DNA of 64,000 nt, from NCBI GenBank assembly GCA_027450045.1, contig DAIDKM010000003.1, forward strand, positions 29,187 to 93,186, given 5' to 3'. The DNA is from Paludibacter sp. (GTDB taxonomy: Bacteria > Bacteroidota > Bacteroidia > Bacteroidales > Paludibacteraceae). Positions within the stretch are counted from its first letter, which is position 1. Each line of letters starts with the position of its first letter. A program made the translations under genes and the position numbers. Positions 63,855-64,000 of this stretch are shown here, piece by piece. Below the pieces are notes generated by a model. That model saw nothing but the letters and a program-made list of their open reading frames with translations. It searched no databases and was not told the origin of the DNA.

Positions 63855-64000
63855 ATGCCGTTACATTCAGTACATAATCGAAGGTATAAGAACGAGGCTC
63901 TTTCAACAAGTGTGACGTTGATGAATACTGAGTTGTAATGGTCAGTTTGTAATCGCCGGAGGCCAAACCTGCCGGTACCACGAAGGTGATTTTGGAGGGA
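63853..64000 (-). CDS. C-terminus of a DUF4469-like (Ig-fold) protein; 5' part lies beyond the right edge
   Basis: Manual translation PSKITFVVPAGLASGDYKLTITTQYSSTSHLLKEPRSYTFDYVLNVTA*; the PS.L...P...G.Y.L...TQY....LLKEPR pattern recalls DUF4469. Confidence 0.7.
   Translation of the reverse strand, partial: PSKITFVVPAGLASGDYKLTITTQYSSTSHLLKEPRSYTFDYVLNVTA

Overview
A 64 kb chromosomal window from a Bacteroidales (Bacteroidota) bacterium. The taxon is inferred from a SusC/SusD pair, an HTCS regulator, recurrent TAnnTTTG (-7) promoter boxes and the ruvB-flippase and kduI-kduD-DUF4861 gene orders. Positions 1-20.1 kb are a minus-strand polysaccharide utilization locus (PUL), running off the left edge: HTCS, susC, susD, DUF2264/GH154-like, GH3, GH88, heparinase II/III-like lyase, GH35 and GH2. 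Positions 20.7-62.7 kb are mostly housekeeping genes: ruvB with flippase/GT4/GT2, an M28 glutaminyl cyclase-like lipoprotein, gldF, nadC, ligA, purE, kduI/kduD, TetR, rlmB, rnz, purM, sodB-ftnA, a TonB receptor, an AddA-like helicase-nuclease, folD, panB, gcvH, queF-yhhQ, tRNA-Tyr, ribH and proB. No intact mobile element or CRISPR array was seen. The most interesting signals are non-coding or small. (1) A tRNA-Tyr(GUA) > preQ1-I riboswitch > yhhQ > queF unit, where the riboswitch ends 2 nt before an AUG that has no Shine-Dalgarno sequence. (2) A 23-bp tandem array of mini-hairpins touching the stop codon of a DUF4469-like gene. (3) Two 11-bp-period CCTATA arrays, each in a divergent promoter region. 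(4) A ~42-bp REP-like palindrome present twice. (5) A Ser/Gly-rich secreted protein with a PEP/PID-CTERM-like tail. All family names come from motif recognition by eye; no database search was run.
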